A stretch of 64,000 bases of DNA from an uncultured bacterium (GCA_963813815.1 CAWFAD010000011.1:1180-65179); one strand, 5' to 3'. Shown: positions 20,600 through 31,056, counted from the stretch's first letter. The notes: generated from the letters alone by a model not told the origin. Made by a program: numbers and translations.

Positions 20600-21841
20600 G
20601 TGTCGACGAACGGGAGAAGGGTGGTCGTCACCGGCATGGGGCTCGTCTCCCCGTGCGGACACACCGTCGAGGAAAGCTGGGCCAATATCTCGGCCGGCGT
20701 GTCGGGGCTCGCGCGCATCACGGCGTTCGACGTGAGCGCGTACGACTCCCAGATCGGCGGCGAGGTCAAGGGGTTCGACCCCGAACGGTACATGGACCGG
20801 AAGGAAGCGCGCCGCAACGACCGCTCCGTCCAGCTCGCTTTCGCCGCGGCGGCGGGGGCGATGGCGGGGATCGAGGGGTCGGGGTTCGATCCGGAGCGCT
20901 TCGGGGCGATCATCGGCTCGGGCATCGGCGGCATCACGACCTTCGAGCAGCAGCACACGGTGCTCATGGAGAAGGGTCCGTCGCGCATCAGCCCCTTCTT
21001 CATCCCGATGATGATCTCCGATATGTCGGCCGGGCAGCTCTCGATCCGCTACGGGCTCAAAGGCCCCAATTTCGGGACGGTGTCGGCGTGCGCCTCGGGC
21101 GGCCACGCGATATGCGACGCCTTCATGTACATCAAGCAGGGCTTCGCCGACACGATACTTTCCGGGGGCGCCGAGGCGACGATTTCGCCGATGGCGCTCG
21201 GAGGGTTCTGCTCGATGAAGGCGCTCTCGACTCGCAACGACGCCCCCGAGCGGGCGAGCCGCCCCTTCGACCGCGATCGCGACGGATTCGTGATGGCGGA
21301 AGGGTGCGGGCTCGTCGTGCTCGAGGAGCTCGAGCACGCGCGGCGCCGCGGAGCGCCGATTCTCGCCGAGCTCGCCGGCATCGGACTCACCGGCGACGCG
21401 TACCACATCACCTCTCCGGCTCCAGGGGGAGCCGGCGCGGTGAACGCGATGCGCATGGCGCTCGCCGTGGCCGGACTCGATCCCCGGGAGATCGACTACA
21501 TCAACGCGCACGGCACGTCGACCGCCTACAACGACAAGACGGAATCGGACGCGATCAGGGCCGTCTTCGGCCCGGAGAGCGCGGTCAAGGTGAGCTCGAC
21601 GAAGTCCGTGCACGGGCACATGCTCGGAGCGGCCGCGGCGATCGAGCTCATCGTGTGCGTGAGCGCCATGCGGGACGGGATCATCCCCCCGACGATGAAC
21701 CTCGACAATCCCGATCCGGAGTGCCCCCTGAACCACGTTTCCAACGCCGCCGAGCGCCGCGAGCTCCGCGCCGTCATGAGCAACTCATTTGGCTTCGGCG
21801 GGCACAACGTCTGCCTGCTCCTGAGGAGGTACGATCAATAA
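20600..21841 (+). CDS. fabF: 3-oxoacyl-ACP synthase II
   Basis: RVVVTGMGLVSP, active-site SACASG, HGTSTAYND and NSFGFGGHN motifs. Confidence 0.9.
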   Translation: MSTNGRRVVVTGMGLVSPCGHTVEESWANISAGVSGLARITAFDVSAYDSQIGGEVKGFDPERYMDRKEARRNDRSVQLAFAAAAGAMAGIEGSGFDPERFGAIIGSGIGGITTFEQQHTVLMEKGPSRISPFFIPMMISDMSAGQLSIRYGLKGPNFGTVSACASGGHAICDAFMYIKQGFADTILSGGAEATISPMALGGFCSMKALSTRNDAPERASRPFDRDRDGFVMAEGCGLVVLEELEHARRRGAPILAELAGIGLTGDAYHITSPAPGGAGAVNAMRMALAVAGLDPREIDYINAHGTSTAYNDKTESDAIRAVFGPESAVKVSSTKSVHGHMLGAAAAIELIVCVSAMRDGIIPPTMNLDNPDPECPLNHVSNAAERRELRAVMSNSFGFGGHNVCLLLRRYDQ

Positions 21842-21867
21842 CGATCGGGGAGAACCCGACCGCCGAT

Positions 21868-22623
21868 ATGAATTCCTACATCGAAAGGTTCATCGACCTG
21901 TTCCGCCGGGGCCCCCGCGCCGACGGAAATGATACGTCGGCTCTCGAACGCCGAGTCGGATACCGGTTCCGGAACCGCGAGCGCCTCATCGAGGCTCTCA
22001 CGCATCGTTCGACGATCGGGGACCTGCGCCCCGGCGAAAAGCGCATCACGTACGAGCGGCTCGAGTTTCTCGGCGACTCGGTCCTCTCGCTCGTCACGAG
22101 CGATTTTCTCGTCAGGAACTATCCCGAGGAGAACGAGGGGCAGCTCACGAAGAAGAAATCCCTCATCGTGAGCACGGGGGTGCTTGCCAAGATCGCCGAC
22201 GAGATCGGGATGAAGCAGTTCATCATCCTGAGCGACAGCGCCGCGCGGGGCGGCGTGGCGGATCAGGAATCGGTTCTCACGGCGGCGCTCGAGGCGCTCA
22301 TCGGCGCCATCTACCTCGACGGCGGCCTCGAGCGGGCGCGGATCTTCATCGAGACCAATCTCCTCTCCTCCCTCGACGAATTTCTCGAGCACCGCGACCA
22401 CATCAACTACAAGAGCCTGCTGCAGGAATACAGCCAGTCGCGTTTTCACACCTACCCGCGCTACGCCGTGCGCTCGACGGCGGGGCCGGAGCACGACAAG
22501 ATATTCCTCGTCGAGGTGAAGGTCCGCGGCAAGGAAGTGGGCAAGGGGCGGGGGAAGAGCAAGAAGGACGCCGAGCAGATGGCCGCCAAGGAAGCGCTCG
22601 GCATACTGCGCAAGCGCCAATAG
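21868..22623 (+). CDS. rnc: ribonuclease III
   Basis: ATG at 21868 in frame with the tail of ORF 20653..22623. RNase III signature ERLEFLGDSVL and a C-terminal dsRBD (KSKKDAEQMAAKEAL). Confidence 0.85.
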   Translation: MNSYIERFIDLFRRGPRADGNDTSALERRVGYRFRNRERLIEALTHRSTIGDLRPGEKRITYERLEFLGDSVLSLVTSDFLVRNYPEENEGQLTKKKSLIVSTGVLAKIADEIGMKQFIILSDSAARGGVADQESVLTAALEALIGAIYLDGGLERARIFIETNLLSSLDEFLEHRDHINYKSLLQEYSQSRFHTYPRYAVRSTAGPEHDKIFLVEVKVRGKEVGKGRGKSKKDAEQMAAKEALGILRKRQ

Positions 22624-22635
22624 AGGAGCGGGGCG

Positions 22636-23124
22636 ATGGGCGAAGAGGGCAAGGCGATACGTTATTCCTTCACGATCGGAGGGGATCCGGAGGCCTTCTG
22701 CGGCGAGTGCAAGCTCCCGTGCAACCTCGAGGAGATGAACGTCGACTGCCACCGCCGGTTCTTTCTCCACGGGCTCACGAACTGCTCCTACTTCGTGTAC
22801 GGATACTGCTTCCTCGTCGACCAGCCCGGCTGCGTGTTCGACAACGGCGGCCGGCACGACGAATACTGGCTCCAGCTCCTGAACGCCTACTTCCATCGAT
22901 CGGAGACGGAATCGGAAGAGCCGGATTTCGCGGCGCGGCGCGCCGAGGTGCTCCGTCTCGTCGAGACGCAGCTCGAGGGGAAGGCGACCTATCTATGCCG
23001 CTACCTCGAGGAGTATTACCAGCAGATCATGGGAACGGGCGGGGGGCTCTCCGAGGAGATGCAGACCCGGCTCGACGACGCCTACCTCTCGCTGCTCCGG
23101 GGAATCAGCAGAAAGCCCGACTGA
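22636..23124 (+). CDS. hypothetical Cys-rich protein
   Basis: 162 aa with 9 Cys in the N-terminal half (CGECKLPCN...CHRRF...CSYFVYGYCF...PGCVF). No family recognised. Confidence 0.3.
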   Translation: MGEEGKAIRYSFTIGGDPEAFCGECKLPCNLEEMNVDCHRRFFLHGLTNCSYFVYGYCFLVDQPGCVFDNGGRHDEYWLQLLNAYFHRSETESEEPDFAARRAEVLRLVETQLEGKATYLCRYLEEYYQQIMGTGGGLSEEMQTRLDDAYLSLLRGISRKPD

Positions 23125-23128
23125 CCCT

Positions 23129-24466
23129 CTAGAACCGGTACGTTCCCGATACGACGACCTCGGTGACGCTCCGCTTCTCGGAGAATATCGCCCCGATCTC
23201 GTCGTCGCTCGTGACCTTCTCGTAGCCGCTGAGCACGACGGCGAGATCGAGAGCGAGCACGCGATCCACGACGCCGCCGATACCGAAGCTCCAATACTGC
23301 CGCTCGCGCTCGGCCTCGAAATCCGCTATCACGGAGAGCGGCGCGTCGTCCACGATGTAGGCGATCTCCTCGATGCCCGTGAGCTCGAGCGGTACGTAGG
23401 CGTAACCGCCGCGCACGCTCACGGGAACCATCGGCAGCCGCGCCTCCGCCCCGGCGCGAAAGCTCCACGCGGCCTCGAGCACCGATTGCTTGCCGGGATC
23501 GATCTCGCTTCGGATCGTGAGGCCGTTGTATTTCGTCTGGGAGTAGTCGGTGTAGGAGACGTCAGCCGCGGCCGTGAGGAGCGGGAGCTCGAGGGCGAGG
23601 CCGCCGCTCCACTTCATCGGCAGCGTGAAGTCGTCCTCGATGGCGCCGTAGAGCGGATCGGTCGTCCAGCCGCCGCCGCTCGTGTACGTCCCCGTGTAGC
23701 TCGTCACTCCCTCGCCGTCGTACGAAAGCCACACGGGGCTCGTGAACGAGAACCCCGCCCGCAGCGATTCGACGAGGCGGATGAGGAGTCCGACGTTGAA
23801 GCTCGCGCCGTCGAGGTCGAGCGAGACGTCGTCGCGCCAGTAGGCCTGCGAATCGGGATCGGCGTAGTTGATCTCGTCGCTGAATTCGATCGATTCGTCC
23901 CAGATCGTGAGCCCCGCGCCGAGCGAAATCCGGGGCGATACGTCGATCCCGGCTCCGAGACAGTACTGGTACAGAGTTCCCGTCTGCACGTACATGTTCT
24001 CGACCATCGCGGGGATTCCGTCGAGATACGCGCTCTTGACCGATTCGAGGTTCGAGTTGGCCGCCTGAAAGACGCCGAAACCGAGCACGAGGTTGCCCCG
24101 GTACGTGGGGTAGGGATACGCGGCGGAGATGTGGCCGAGCGTCGTGCTCGAGTTGGTCTGCACGGAGCTCAGCGACCGGTAGGTGTTGTCGATCTCGTCG
24201 CTGCGCTGGTGGAGGCCGATGGAGAACTCCTTGCTCTGGATATTGACGAGCCCCGCCGGATTGTAGAGGAGGGCGAAGACGTCGTTTCCCGCCGCCGTGT
24301 AAGCGCCTCCCATGGCGAGCGGCCGCGGGCCGGAGCCCGGGACCGAGAGGACGCCGAGCCGCTCGAGCGCGAGACCGGCGAGGATCTGCGCGCGCGGCAG
24401 GCACGGCGCCGCGACGACGGCTGCGAAGAGCACGAGAGCGAGCGTCATACGGACGTGTTGTTTCAT
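23129..24466 (-). CDS. outer-membrane beta-barrel protein, FadL/OmpP1/TodX-like (possibly PorV-like)
   Basis: Signal peptide, alternating amphipathic beta-strands, Gly/Tyr/Ser-rich, C-terminal ...SGTYRF. The PorV suggestion rests only on the T9SS context and FadL-like topology. Confidence 0.45.
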   Translation of the reverse strand: MKQHVRMTLALVLFAAVVAAPCLPRAQILAGLALERLGVLSVPGSGPRPLAMGGAYTAAGNDVFALLYNPAGLVNIQSKEFSIGLHQRSDEIDNTYRSLSSVQTNSSTTLGHISAAYPYPTYRGNLVLGFGVFQAANSNLESVKSAYLDGIPAMVENMYVQTGTLYQYCLGAGIDVSPRISLGAGLTIWDESIEFSDEINYADPDSQAYWRDDVSLDLDGASFNVGLLIRLVESLRAGFSFTSPVWLSYDGEGVTSYTGTYTSGGGWTTDPLYGAIEDDFTLPMKWSGGLALELPLLTAAADVSYTDYSQTKYNGLTIRSEIDPGKQSVLEAAWSFRAGAEARLPMVPVSVRGGYAYVPLELTGIEEIAYIVDDAPLSVIADFEAERERQYWSFGIGGVVDRVLALDLAVVLSGYEKVTSDDEIGAIFSEKRSVTEVVVSGTYRF

Positions 24467-24954
24467 GACCGTTCCTTCTTCGTGTCGGAGGTTTTTTTCT
24501 CGTCGCCCGAGCTTTTCGATTTGTCATCGGCGTCGCGTTTGACGGGCGTCTTGCCGCCGGATGCGTTCTTCTTGATCGTTTCGGGGCTCGCCTCTTTCGC
24601 CTCGCCGTCCGTCTTGGAGTCGCTCGAGGTCCCGCCGGTTCCCGTTGCGGCCGGTAGCGTCGGGCCGACGCCGCCGCCCATGGCGCGAACGGGGGTGGCG
24701 GGATCGATGTGCCGGAGAGGGAGGGGCTCCGTTCCGCCGCCGCCGCCTTCCTCCGGAGGCAGGTACAGGATCGGCAGCGGCCGGGTGACGGCGTGGCATT
24801 CGCCGCAGTGGGCGATGACGACCGGCCCCTGATCGTCTTCCATCTCGTATTCGCCGGAGATGTCGGGGTGCCGGAGGAGGGTGTAGCAGCCGGCGAGCGA
24901 GGCCGCGAAGGCGGCGATCGCAAGGGGCAGAAGCATTCGTCTCGAGATGCGCAT
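24463..24954 (-). CDS. hypothetical lipoprotein with Lys/Asp/Ser-rich acidic-basic tail
   Basis: Lipobox LAGC after MRISRRMLLPLAIAAFAAS (start taken at the internal Met at 24954). A 4-nt overlap with the downstream OMP gene suggests an operon. Confidence 0.35.
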   Translation of the reverse strand: MRISRRMLLPLAIAAFAASLAGCYTLLRHPDISGEYEMEDDQGPVVIAHCGECHAVTRPLPILYLPPEEGGGGGTEPLPLRHIDPATPVRAMGGGVGPTLPAATGTGGTSSDSKTDGEAKEASPETIKKNASGGKTPVKRDADDKSKSSGDEKKTSDTKKERS

Positions 24955-25071
24955 GCGGTGACCTCCTCGTGTCCGAAGTATACGTCGCGCGAAAGGCCGT
25001 GTCAATTACACCCGCGTTCCGCGCGCGCCGAAACATTTGCCCGCGGCGCCCCGCTTCGCTATACTGAACCC

Positions 25072-26790
25072 ATGAACGGAAAAACCTCCGCCCTGAAACG
25101 ATCCCTGCCGCTCGCCGCCGCCGCAGTCCTCGCCGCCTCCCTTCTCCGGGCAGGCGAGACGTACGACGGAAGCGCCCTCTCCGCGTACCTCAAGGGCGCC
25201 TATTTCGAATCGCAGGGCGAGCTCCACGAGGCCTACCAATATTACCTGTACGCGGCGGCGCGCGAGCCTGAGAGCCCCCGCGTCCTGCTCCGCCTCGCCA
25301 AGATCGCGGCGCAGGTCGGCGATTTCGATCCGGCGAAGGGGTACGCCGAGAAGCTCCTCCGGAGCGGCGAGTACGGCGTCGAGGCGCGCCTCATTCTGGC
25401 CGAGGTCGAATACCGTCTCGGCGACCGCGAGCGCTCGCTTGCCGTACTGCGGGAGCTCCGCTCGATGAAGGACGCGCCGCTCTTCGACGTGCTCGCGTTC
25501 TACGCGCGCGTCGCGCAGGAGGCCGGCAAGCGCGGCGAGGCGATCGCCGCTCTCGAGGAGGCCTCCGCGCTCGAGGATTCAGACGAGTCGCTCTGGTACG
25601 ATCTCGGGATGCTTCGCGCCGAGGGGGGCGACATGACCGGGGCGGCCGAGGCGCTCGAGCGGGCGATCGAGATGAATCCGGATCACGCCGCGGCCCGTCT
25701 CGCGCTCGCGCGAATCCACGCGGGCGCCGGCCGCCGCGAGGACGCGAAACGGGAATACCGCGAAACCCTCCGCGCCGACCCGCGCTCGGGGAGCGCCGTC
25801 AAGGAGCTCATGGATCTTCTCTATCAGGACGGAGATTACGTCGAGGGCGCGGCAATCCTCGATCCGTTCTTCCGCGACGGCGTGCTGGACGAGGGGGGAG
25901 AGATCGTCTACGGACGGTTCCTGTACCGGGCGGGGAGGATCGCCGACGCGCTCGCCGTGTTCGGCAAGCTGCTCGGCACGATGGGAGACCGGCCGGCGAT
26001 ACTCCGCGTCATGGCCGAGATGGAAACGGAGCAGGGCCGCTACCGTACGGCCCTCGGATATATCGAGCGCCTCGTCGCGGCCGAGCCCGGCCGGTTCGAG
26101 AACTACGTCGGAGCGCTCATCATTTTCTACGCTCCCTCGAGGGCGCCGGTTTCCCCGGACGAGGCGGTCGAGGTGGACGACGCCGAGAAGAGGCGGTATC
26201 TCGACGAAGCGGCCGAGAGAGTGACCGAGAGCTCGGCGGAGCAGAACTTCCTCATGGGCACGATTCTGCGCAAGTCGGGCGATCTCGCCCGGGCCGAGCC
26301 CTACCTGCTCCGCGCCGAGAAGATCGATCCGAAGAACGAGAACACGCTCCTCGAGATCGCCGCTCTCTACGGCCGCATGGAGCGGTACGACGACGCCCTC
26401 CGGAGAATCATCCCGCTCTACAACCGGAACTCCGATGACGCCTCGCTCGCCAATTTTTACGGCTTTCTCCTCGCTGAAAAGGGCGAGAGCCTCGATCTCG
26501 CCGAGAAGCTCATCGCCAAGGCGCTCGCCAAGGAGCCGGAGAACGGGTACTTTCTCGACAGCCTCGGATGGGTGCGTTTCAAACAGGGGAATGCCCGGGC
26601 GGCGCTCGACATACTCCTCTCGGCCGTCGAAAAGGCCGGCGACGACGCCGTTATCTGGGAGCACATCGGCGACGCGTACTCCGCGCTCGCCGAGCGGGGC
26701 AAGGCCCGCGAGGCCTATCGCCGCTCGCTCGAGCTCGATCCCGAGAGCCGATCGGCCGCCCTCAAAATGAAAAACCTCGGAGATCGATGA
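25072..26790 (+). CDS. TPR-repeat protein (secreted)
   Basis: ATG at 25072 in frame with ORF 24709..26790. Signal peptide. Multiple 34-aa TPR-like A/L/Y/G patterns. Confidence 0.6.
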   Translation: MNGKTSALKRSLPLAAAAVLAASLLRAGETYDGSALSAYLKGAYFESQGELHEAYQYYLYAAAREPESPRVLLRLAKIAAQVGDFDPAKGYAEKLLRSGEYGVEARLILAEVEYRLGDRERSLAVLRELRSMKDAPLFDVLAFYARVAQEAGKRGEAIAALEEASALEDSDESLWYDLGMLRAEGGDMTGAAEALERAIEMNPDHAAARLALARIHAGAGRREDAKREYRETLRADPRSGSAVKELMDLLYQDGDYVEGAAILDPFFRDGVLDEGGEIVYGRFLYRAGRIADALAVFGKLLGTMGDRPAILRVMAEMETEQGRYRTALGYIERLVAAEPGRFENYVGALIIFYAPSRAPVSPDEAVEVDDAEKRRYLDEAAERVTESSAEQNFLMGTILRKSGDLARAEPYLLRAEKIDPKNENTLLEIAALYGRMERYDDALRRIIPLYNRNSDDASLANFYGFLLAEKGESLDLAEKLIAKALAKEPENGYFLDSLGWVRFKQGNARAALDILLSAVEKAGDDAVIWEHIGDAYSALAERGKAREAYRRSLELDPESRSAALKMKNLGDR

Positions 26791-27539
26791 AACGTTTTCC
26801 CGGCAGATCGGCGCTCTGCGCCTGCGTCGCGGCCGCGCTCGCGGCCGGGTCCTGCGCGTTCGCCGGGAGGCGCGAGGCGCCGATTCCCTGCGCCGACGAG
26901 CATCTCGCCTGCTTGCCCTTCGGCGCCTCGGCGCCGGGTTGCGAGCTCGCGGGCAGGGTGCGCATCGATCTCCCGCGGTACCGCTTCCGCGGGCTCTGCC
27001 GCATACTGCACGGAGAGGGAGGGCGGCTCCGCATCGACTTCGAGCATTCGAGCCTCTTCGGCGCCGTCGAGCGGCATCTCACAATTCTTGCGGGAGAGAG
27101 TCTCGTCATTCACGACAACGGGGAGGGGAGCTACCTCGCCGGAGACTCGGCGCTCGCGGCCGTCGCCGGGGAGCTCGGGGCGCGCATCGAGCCCGACGAC
27201 ATTCTCTACGCTCTCCTGCTCGCATTCCCGGGATGCGCCGGAATCAGCGAGCCATCGCTCGAGCGGCGCGGCGGAGACCTCGATTTGAAGGGTCTGTGGC
27301 GGGGACGGGAGATCGTTCTCCGTTGCTCCGAGCGCGAGGGCGTGCGGCGGTTCGAGCAGCGCTTCCCCTCGAGCGGGCGCCGGTTCATTATCGAATACGA
27401 AGGCGTTCTCGAGGCGGGAGAATGGCGCTATCCCCGGCGGATCCGCCTTTCGCGGGAAGGCGGGCCGGAGAGGGTCAGTATAGACCTTATTGAAATTAAA
27501 TCCGTTACGCCGGATTCCCTGGAGCTCGTGGCCGGGTAG
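26787..27539 (+). CDS. hypothetical lipoprotein
   Basis: ATG overlaps the TPR stop (ATGA). Lipobox LAAGSC. No domain recognised. Confidence 0.4.
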   Translation: MKRFPGRSALCACVAAALAAGSCAFAGRREAPIPCADEHLACLPFGASAPGCELAGRVRIDLPRYRFRGLCRILHGEGGRLRIDFEHSSLFGAVERHLTILAGESLVIHDNGEGSYLAGDSALAAVAGELGARIEPDDILYALLLAFPGCAGISEPSLERRGGDLDLKGLWRGREIVLRCSEREGVRRFEQRFPSSGRRFIIEYEGVLEAGEWRYPRRIRLSREGGPERVSIDLIEIKSVTPDSLELVAG

Positions 27540-27585
27540 GGCCGTGGGCGGCGGGGAACTTTTGCCGGGACTGGGTGTATCAGGT

Positions 27586-28269
27586 ATGGCGGATAACAGC
27601 AACGGAGACGACGGATTGAACAGACCGGCGGAACTCGCGTCGCAGAAGATAGATTTCCGGGAGCTCACGGACGAGGATCTCATGCTGCTCGTTCAGGAGG
27701 GGCGAAGCCGGGCCTACGACGTCATCGTCAACCGGTACAAGAACCGGCTGTTCACGTATCTCTTCCGTATGCTCGGCGACCGGGACGAGGCGGAGGAGTT
27801 CGCGCAGGAGGCCCTGGTGAAGGCGTACATACACGCCGACAAATACCGGACCGTAGCGCGTTTCTCGACGTGGCTCTACACGATCGCCACGAATCTCGTC
27901 CGCAACCGAATCCGGACCATCAAGCGCCGCCCGCCGACCGTGAGCCTCTGGTCGGGGACCGAGGGGAGCGAGGGGGACGGGAAATGGCTCGAGGTCCGCG
28001 ACGATTCGCAGAGACCCGACGAGGATCTCGAGCGGCGCGATCTGCAGGGGATCGTTCAGGGCGCCGTCGAGCGCATTCCGGAAAAATACCGGTCCGCGTT
28101 CGTGCTCCGCGAGATGAACGAGCTGAGCTACGAGGAGATCGCGGCGGTGACCGGGCTCAAGCTCGGCACGGTGCGTTCGCGCATCAATAGGGGGCGCATG
28201 CATTTCAAAAAGATGGTCGCGCCCTACGCCGCAGGAGGCAACTGCTCGCCAAAGGGGAACAAGCGATGA
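27586..28269 (+). CDS. ECF (sigma-24 type) RNA polymerase sigma factor
   Basis: Region 2 (YLFRMLGDRDEAEEFAQEALVKAY) and a region 4 helix-turn-helix (LSYEEIAAVTGLKLGTVRSRINRGR). Confidence 0.8.
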   Translation: MADNSNGDDGLNRPAELASQKIDFRELTDEDLMLLVQEGRSRAYDVIVNRYKNRLFTYLFRMLGDRDEAEEFAQEALVKAYIHADKYRTVARFSTWLYTIATNLVRNRIRTIKRRPPTVSLWSGTEGSEGDGKWLEVRDDSQRPDEDLERRDLQGIVQGAVERIPEKYRSAFVLREMNELSYEEIAAVTGLKLGTVRSRINRGRMHFKKMVAPYAAGGNCSPKGNKR

Positions 28270-28955
28270 AGTGCAACAAAGCGCTCGATCTGTACTTCGC
28301 CAGCCGCGACGACGCTCTCGATGAAACGGGGCGTCTGCGGCTCGCCGAGCATCTCGGGCGGTGCCCGGCGTGCGCGCGGTACGTCAAGGAAATGGAAGCG
28401 AGCCTCGACGCGCTGGCCGGGCTTCCGGAGCTCGCCCCGTCGGACGGCTTCGAGTGGAACGTCAAGCGCCGCATACACGAGGAGCGAGACAGGGCCTTCC
28501 GCCGCGGCGGTTTCGCGGGCGTCCGAGGCAGACGCTGGGTGCCGTCGTTCGCCGGCGCGGCCCTCGCGGCCGCGGCCGCGGTCGTTCTCGTGGCCGTGCT
28601 CGTCGCGGGGCGTCTGGGCGCTCCGGAGCCCTCGGTGCGCTCGATCGCGCGCACGGACCGCTCCGAGGCGGGTCCGGGCGTTTCCGCGGCCGATCCCGCG
28701 GCGTACCCCGACTACGCGACGGGGGGCTTCGCCGGTCCGCGCATGGTCTCGGACAACGTTCTCTCCATCGGGAGCGGCTCGGCGGGGGAGGAGCAGTCCG
28801 CCTTCCGGTTCGTCGCGAGCTCGCGCGAGGATTCGCTGCTCCGCGAGAACGAGCTTCTGCGCCGCCGGATCGACGGTCTCGAGCGCCGGATGATCTATCT
28901 CCAGAAGGCGCTCGATCGCGAGCGGGCGCAGCGACTCAATTTATCCTTGCCCTGA
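28266..28955 (+). CDS. anti-sigma factor (zf-HC2 / ZAS-like) with a transmembrane segment
   Basis: Start overlaps the sigma gene stop. HLGRCPACARYV motif (Hx3Cx2C). Central TM helix AGAALAAAAAVVLVAVLVAG. Confidence 0.6.
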   Translation: MKCNKALDLYFASRDDALDETGRLRLAEHLGRCPACARYVKEMEASLDALAGLPELAPSDGFEWNVKRRIHEERDRAFRRGGFAGVRGRRWVPSFAGAALAAAAAVVLVAVLVAGRLGAPEPSVRSIARTDRSEAGPGVSAADPAAYPDYATGGFAGPRMVSDNVLSIGSGSAGEEQSAFRFVASSREDSLLRENELLRRRIDGLERRMIYLQKALDRERAQRLNLSLP

Positions 28956-28994
28956 CGGGCCGCCTGTCCTATCGTTTCGTCGGGTGATCGACCG

Positions 28995-30020
28995 ATGAAA
29001 CGCATTCGTCTCCTCCGCTCGTGTATCGTCGCAACTCTCGCGTTCGCCGCGCTCTCGTGCGGCACGCGCGACGCCTACCTCGCTCCGCCCGCCGGCTCCT
29101 ACAGCAACGTCGTTCTCGTCACCGAGTCGGGGAAGATCGAAGGCCCGTCCGAGGCGATGGTGCGCACGCTTCAGCACGAGCTCGATTTCTACACGAAGAT
29201 GGAATACCAGTTCAACGTGAAGATCGTTCCGGCGGCCGAGCTCGAGGAGGAGATCCCGTCGAAAAACATGGTGCTCTTCGGGATCGTCAACCAGGGGAGC
29301 ATCGGCGGCTACATCCGGCAGTTCATCGGCGACGCGGCGGCGGGGGACGTGCTCGCCGGGCGCGCGAGCATCTTCAAAAAGATGGACTATCCCGTGAAGG
29401 GGCAGCTCACGCTCATCGTGACCGCCGCCTCGAACGAGGATCTTGCGCGGGCGGCGGAAGCCGAGGGCGAAATCATCCGCGGCATCATCGAGGAGGAGAA
29501 CCGCGAGCGGCTCCGCGAATCCCTCCTCCGCAAGGAGAACCTCGACGTGGAGCGGCTGCTGCGGGCCCGGTACGGATTCACGCTGCGCGTGCCGGCGGAG
29601 TACGCGCTCAATCAGGAGCGCCCCGAGGTTCCCGGCGTGGAGCTCCTGAACCCGACCCCGAACCGCATGCTCTCCGTGTCGTGGCGCCGGTTCGAGCGGG
29701 GAGAAGCGTCGCTCGCCGATTCGTCGGCGCTCTTCGACGTCCGCGCGGAGTTCGCCTACCGGATGTACGACAAGGACGTCATGCGGCGCGAGCTCGTGAA
29801 ATTCCGCGAGACGCGGCTCGGCCCGTACGAAGCGATCCGTATGGACGGCTACTGGGAAAGCAGCGTCGCCGCGTACGGCGGCTCCTTCGTCGCGTTCTTC
29901 GTCGTCGACCGCGTCACCTCGCGCCTGTGGCTCATCGACTGCGTCGTCTACGCGCCGGGGACGGACAAGAACGAGCTGCTGCGCGAGCTGTACGCCCTCG
30001 CGGAGACCTTCCGGCTCTAG
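28995..30020 (+). CDS. DUF4837-like lipoprotein
   Basis: Lipobox LSCG. 341 aa. Pattern recalled from Bacteroidota-type DUF4837 proteins. Uncertain. Confidence 0.4.
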   Translation: MKRIRLLRSCIVATLAFAALSCGTRDAYLAPPAGSYSNVVLVTESGKIEGPSEAMVRTLQHELDFYTKMEYQFNVKIVPAAELEEEIPSKNMVLFGIVNQGSIGGYIRQFIGDAAAGDVLAGRASIFKKMDYPVKGQLTLIVTAASNEDLARAAEAEGEIIRGIIEEENRERLRESLLRKENLDVERLLRARYGFTLRVPAEYALNQERPEVPGVELLNPTPNRMLSVSWRRFERGEASLADSSALFDVRAEFAYRMYDKDVMRRELVKFRETRLGPYEAIRMDGYWESSVAAYGGSFVAFFVVDRVTSRLWLIDCVVYAPGTDKNELLRELYALAETFRL

Positions 30021-30117
30021 GGCGCCGTTCCGGGCGGCGCGCCCCCCTTGACAGATCGCACGCGGCTCTGCTACCGTTCACCTACGGGGACCCGATCCTA
30101 TCGAAAGGAATGACGGC

Positions 30118-31056
30118 ATGGGCGGAAATCTCGGCGACGAGCTTCAGAATCTGATCGAGCGCTACGAGCGCGCGGGGGATTCGCGTCTCTTCGCCCCGCT
30201 CGCGGACGCATACCGGAAAAAGGGCGATACGGTCAAGGCGATCGAGATTCTCGAGCAGGGGCTCGAGCGGTTTCCCCAGTACGCGAGCGGCCGCGTGATT
30301 CTCGGCAAATGTTTCTACGACACCGGCGCCACCGAGCGGGCGAAGGCCGAGTTCCGCCGCGTGCTCGAGATCGACGCGGACAACATGGTGGCCCTCAAGT
30401 ATCTCGGCGACATACTGCTCGCCGAGGAGCGGCGCCCCGAAGCGGCCGACTGCTACCGCAAGCTCCTCGCGATCGATCCGCTGAACGAGGAGGTCTCGCG
30501 TTCGCTCAAGGAAATAGAGCATTCCTTCGTCGCCAAAGAGATCGATCTCGCCGACGGAAAGAGAGCACGCGACGAGCGTCCGCGCGATCTCGCCACGATA
30601 ACGCTGGCGGGGATCTACGCGGCGCAGGGGTATCACAACAAGGCGCTGGCGATCTATCGCGATGTGCTCGCGCGGGAGCCCTCGAACCGCGAGGCGAAGG
30701 AGATGCTCGCCAAACTTCAATCGATGCTCGACTCGGGCGAAGGGGGACGCGAGGGGTCGGTGGAGGAGCCCGTTCTCACCATCAGCATCGACGACGTGGG
30801 AGATGACATCGCCTCGAGCACGGTCGGCCGCGGCGGCTCGGAGGCGGGCGTGCGGGCCGAGCTGGCCCGCGAGATGAGCGTGGAGGCGGGCGAGGGGGCG
30901 GACGGGAAGGCTTCCCTTTCCGCTCCCGAGACCGGGGCGCCGGCGGCGGACTCCGGGGAGAAGGCGCCGGCCGGGACTGAAGAAGCGCCGCCCCAGGGAG
31001 AATCGGCCGCGAGCATGGATCAGTTCCGCGAGTGGCTCAAGAAACACGCCAAGTAG
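30118..31056 (+). CDS. TPR-repeat protein with acidic C-terminal tail
   Basis: Three to four TPR units (AIEILEQGLERFPQYASGRVILGKCFYDTG...) followed by a low-complexity acidic tail. Confidence 0.55.
   Translation: MGGNLGDELQNLIERYERAGDSRLFAPLADAYRKKGDTVKAIEILEQGLERFPQYASGRVILGKCFYDTGATERAKAEFRRVLEIDADNMVALKYLGDILLAEERRPEAADCYRKLLAIDPLNEEVSRSLKEIEHSFVAKEIDLADGKRARDERPRDLATITLAGIYAAQGYHNKALAIYRDVLAREPSNREAKEMLAKLQSMLDSGEGGREGSVEEPVLTISIDDVGDDIASSTVGRGGSEAGVRAELAREMSVEAGEGADGKASLSAPETGAPAADSGEKAPAGTEEAPPQGESAASMDQFREWLKKHAK

Noticed and set aside
16346-21736. Minus-strand ORFs 16346..17566, 17389..18582, 18676..20508, 20099..21736 opposite plsX-fabH-fabD-fabG-fabF
   Set aside because: Antisense shadows of the fatty-acid synthesis block. 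No domains, extreme Arg/Ala/Asp composition.
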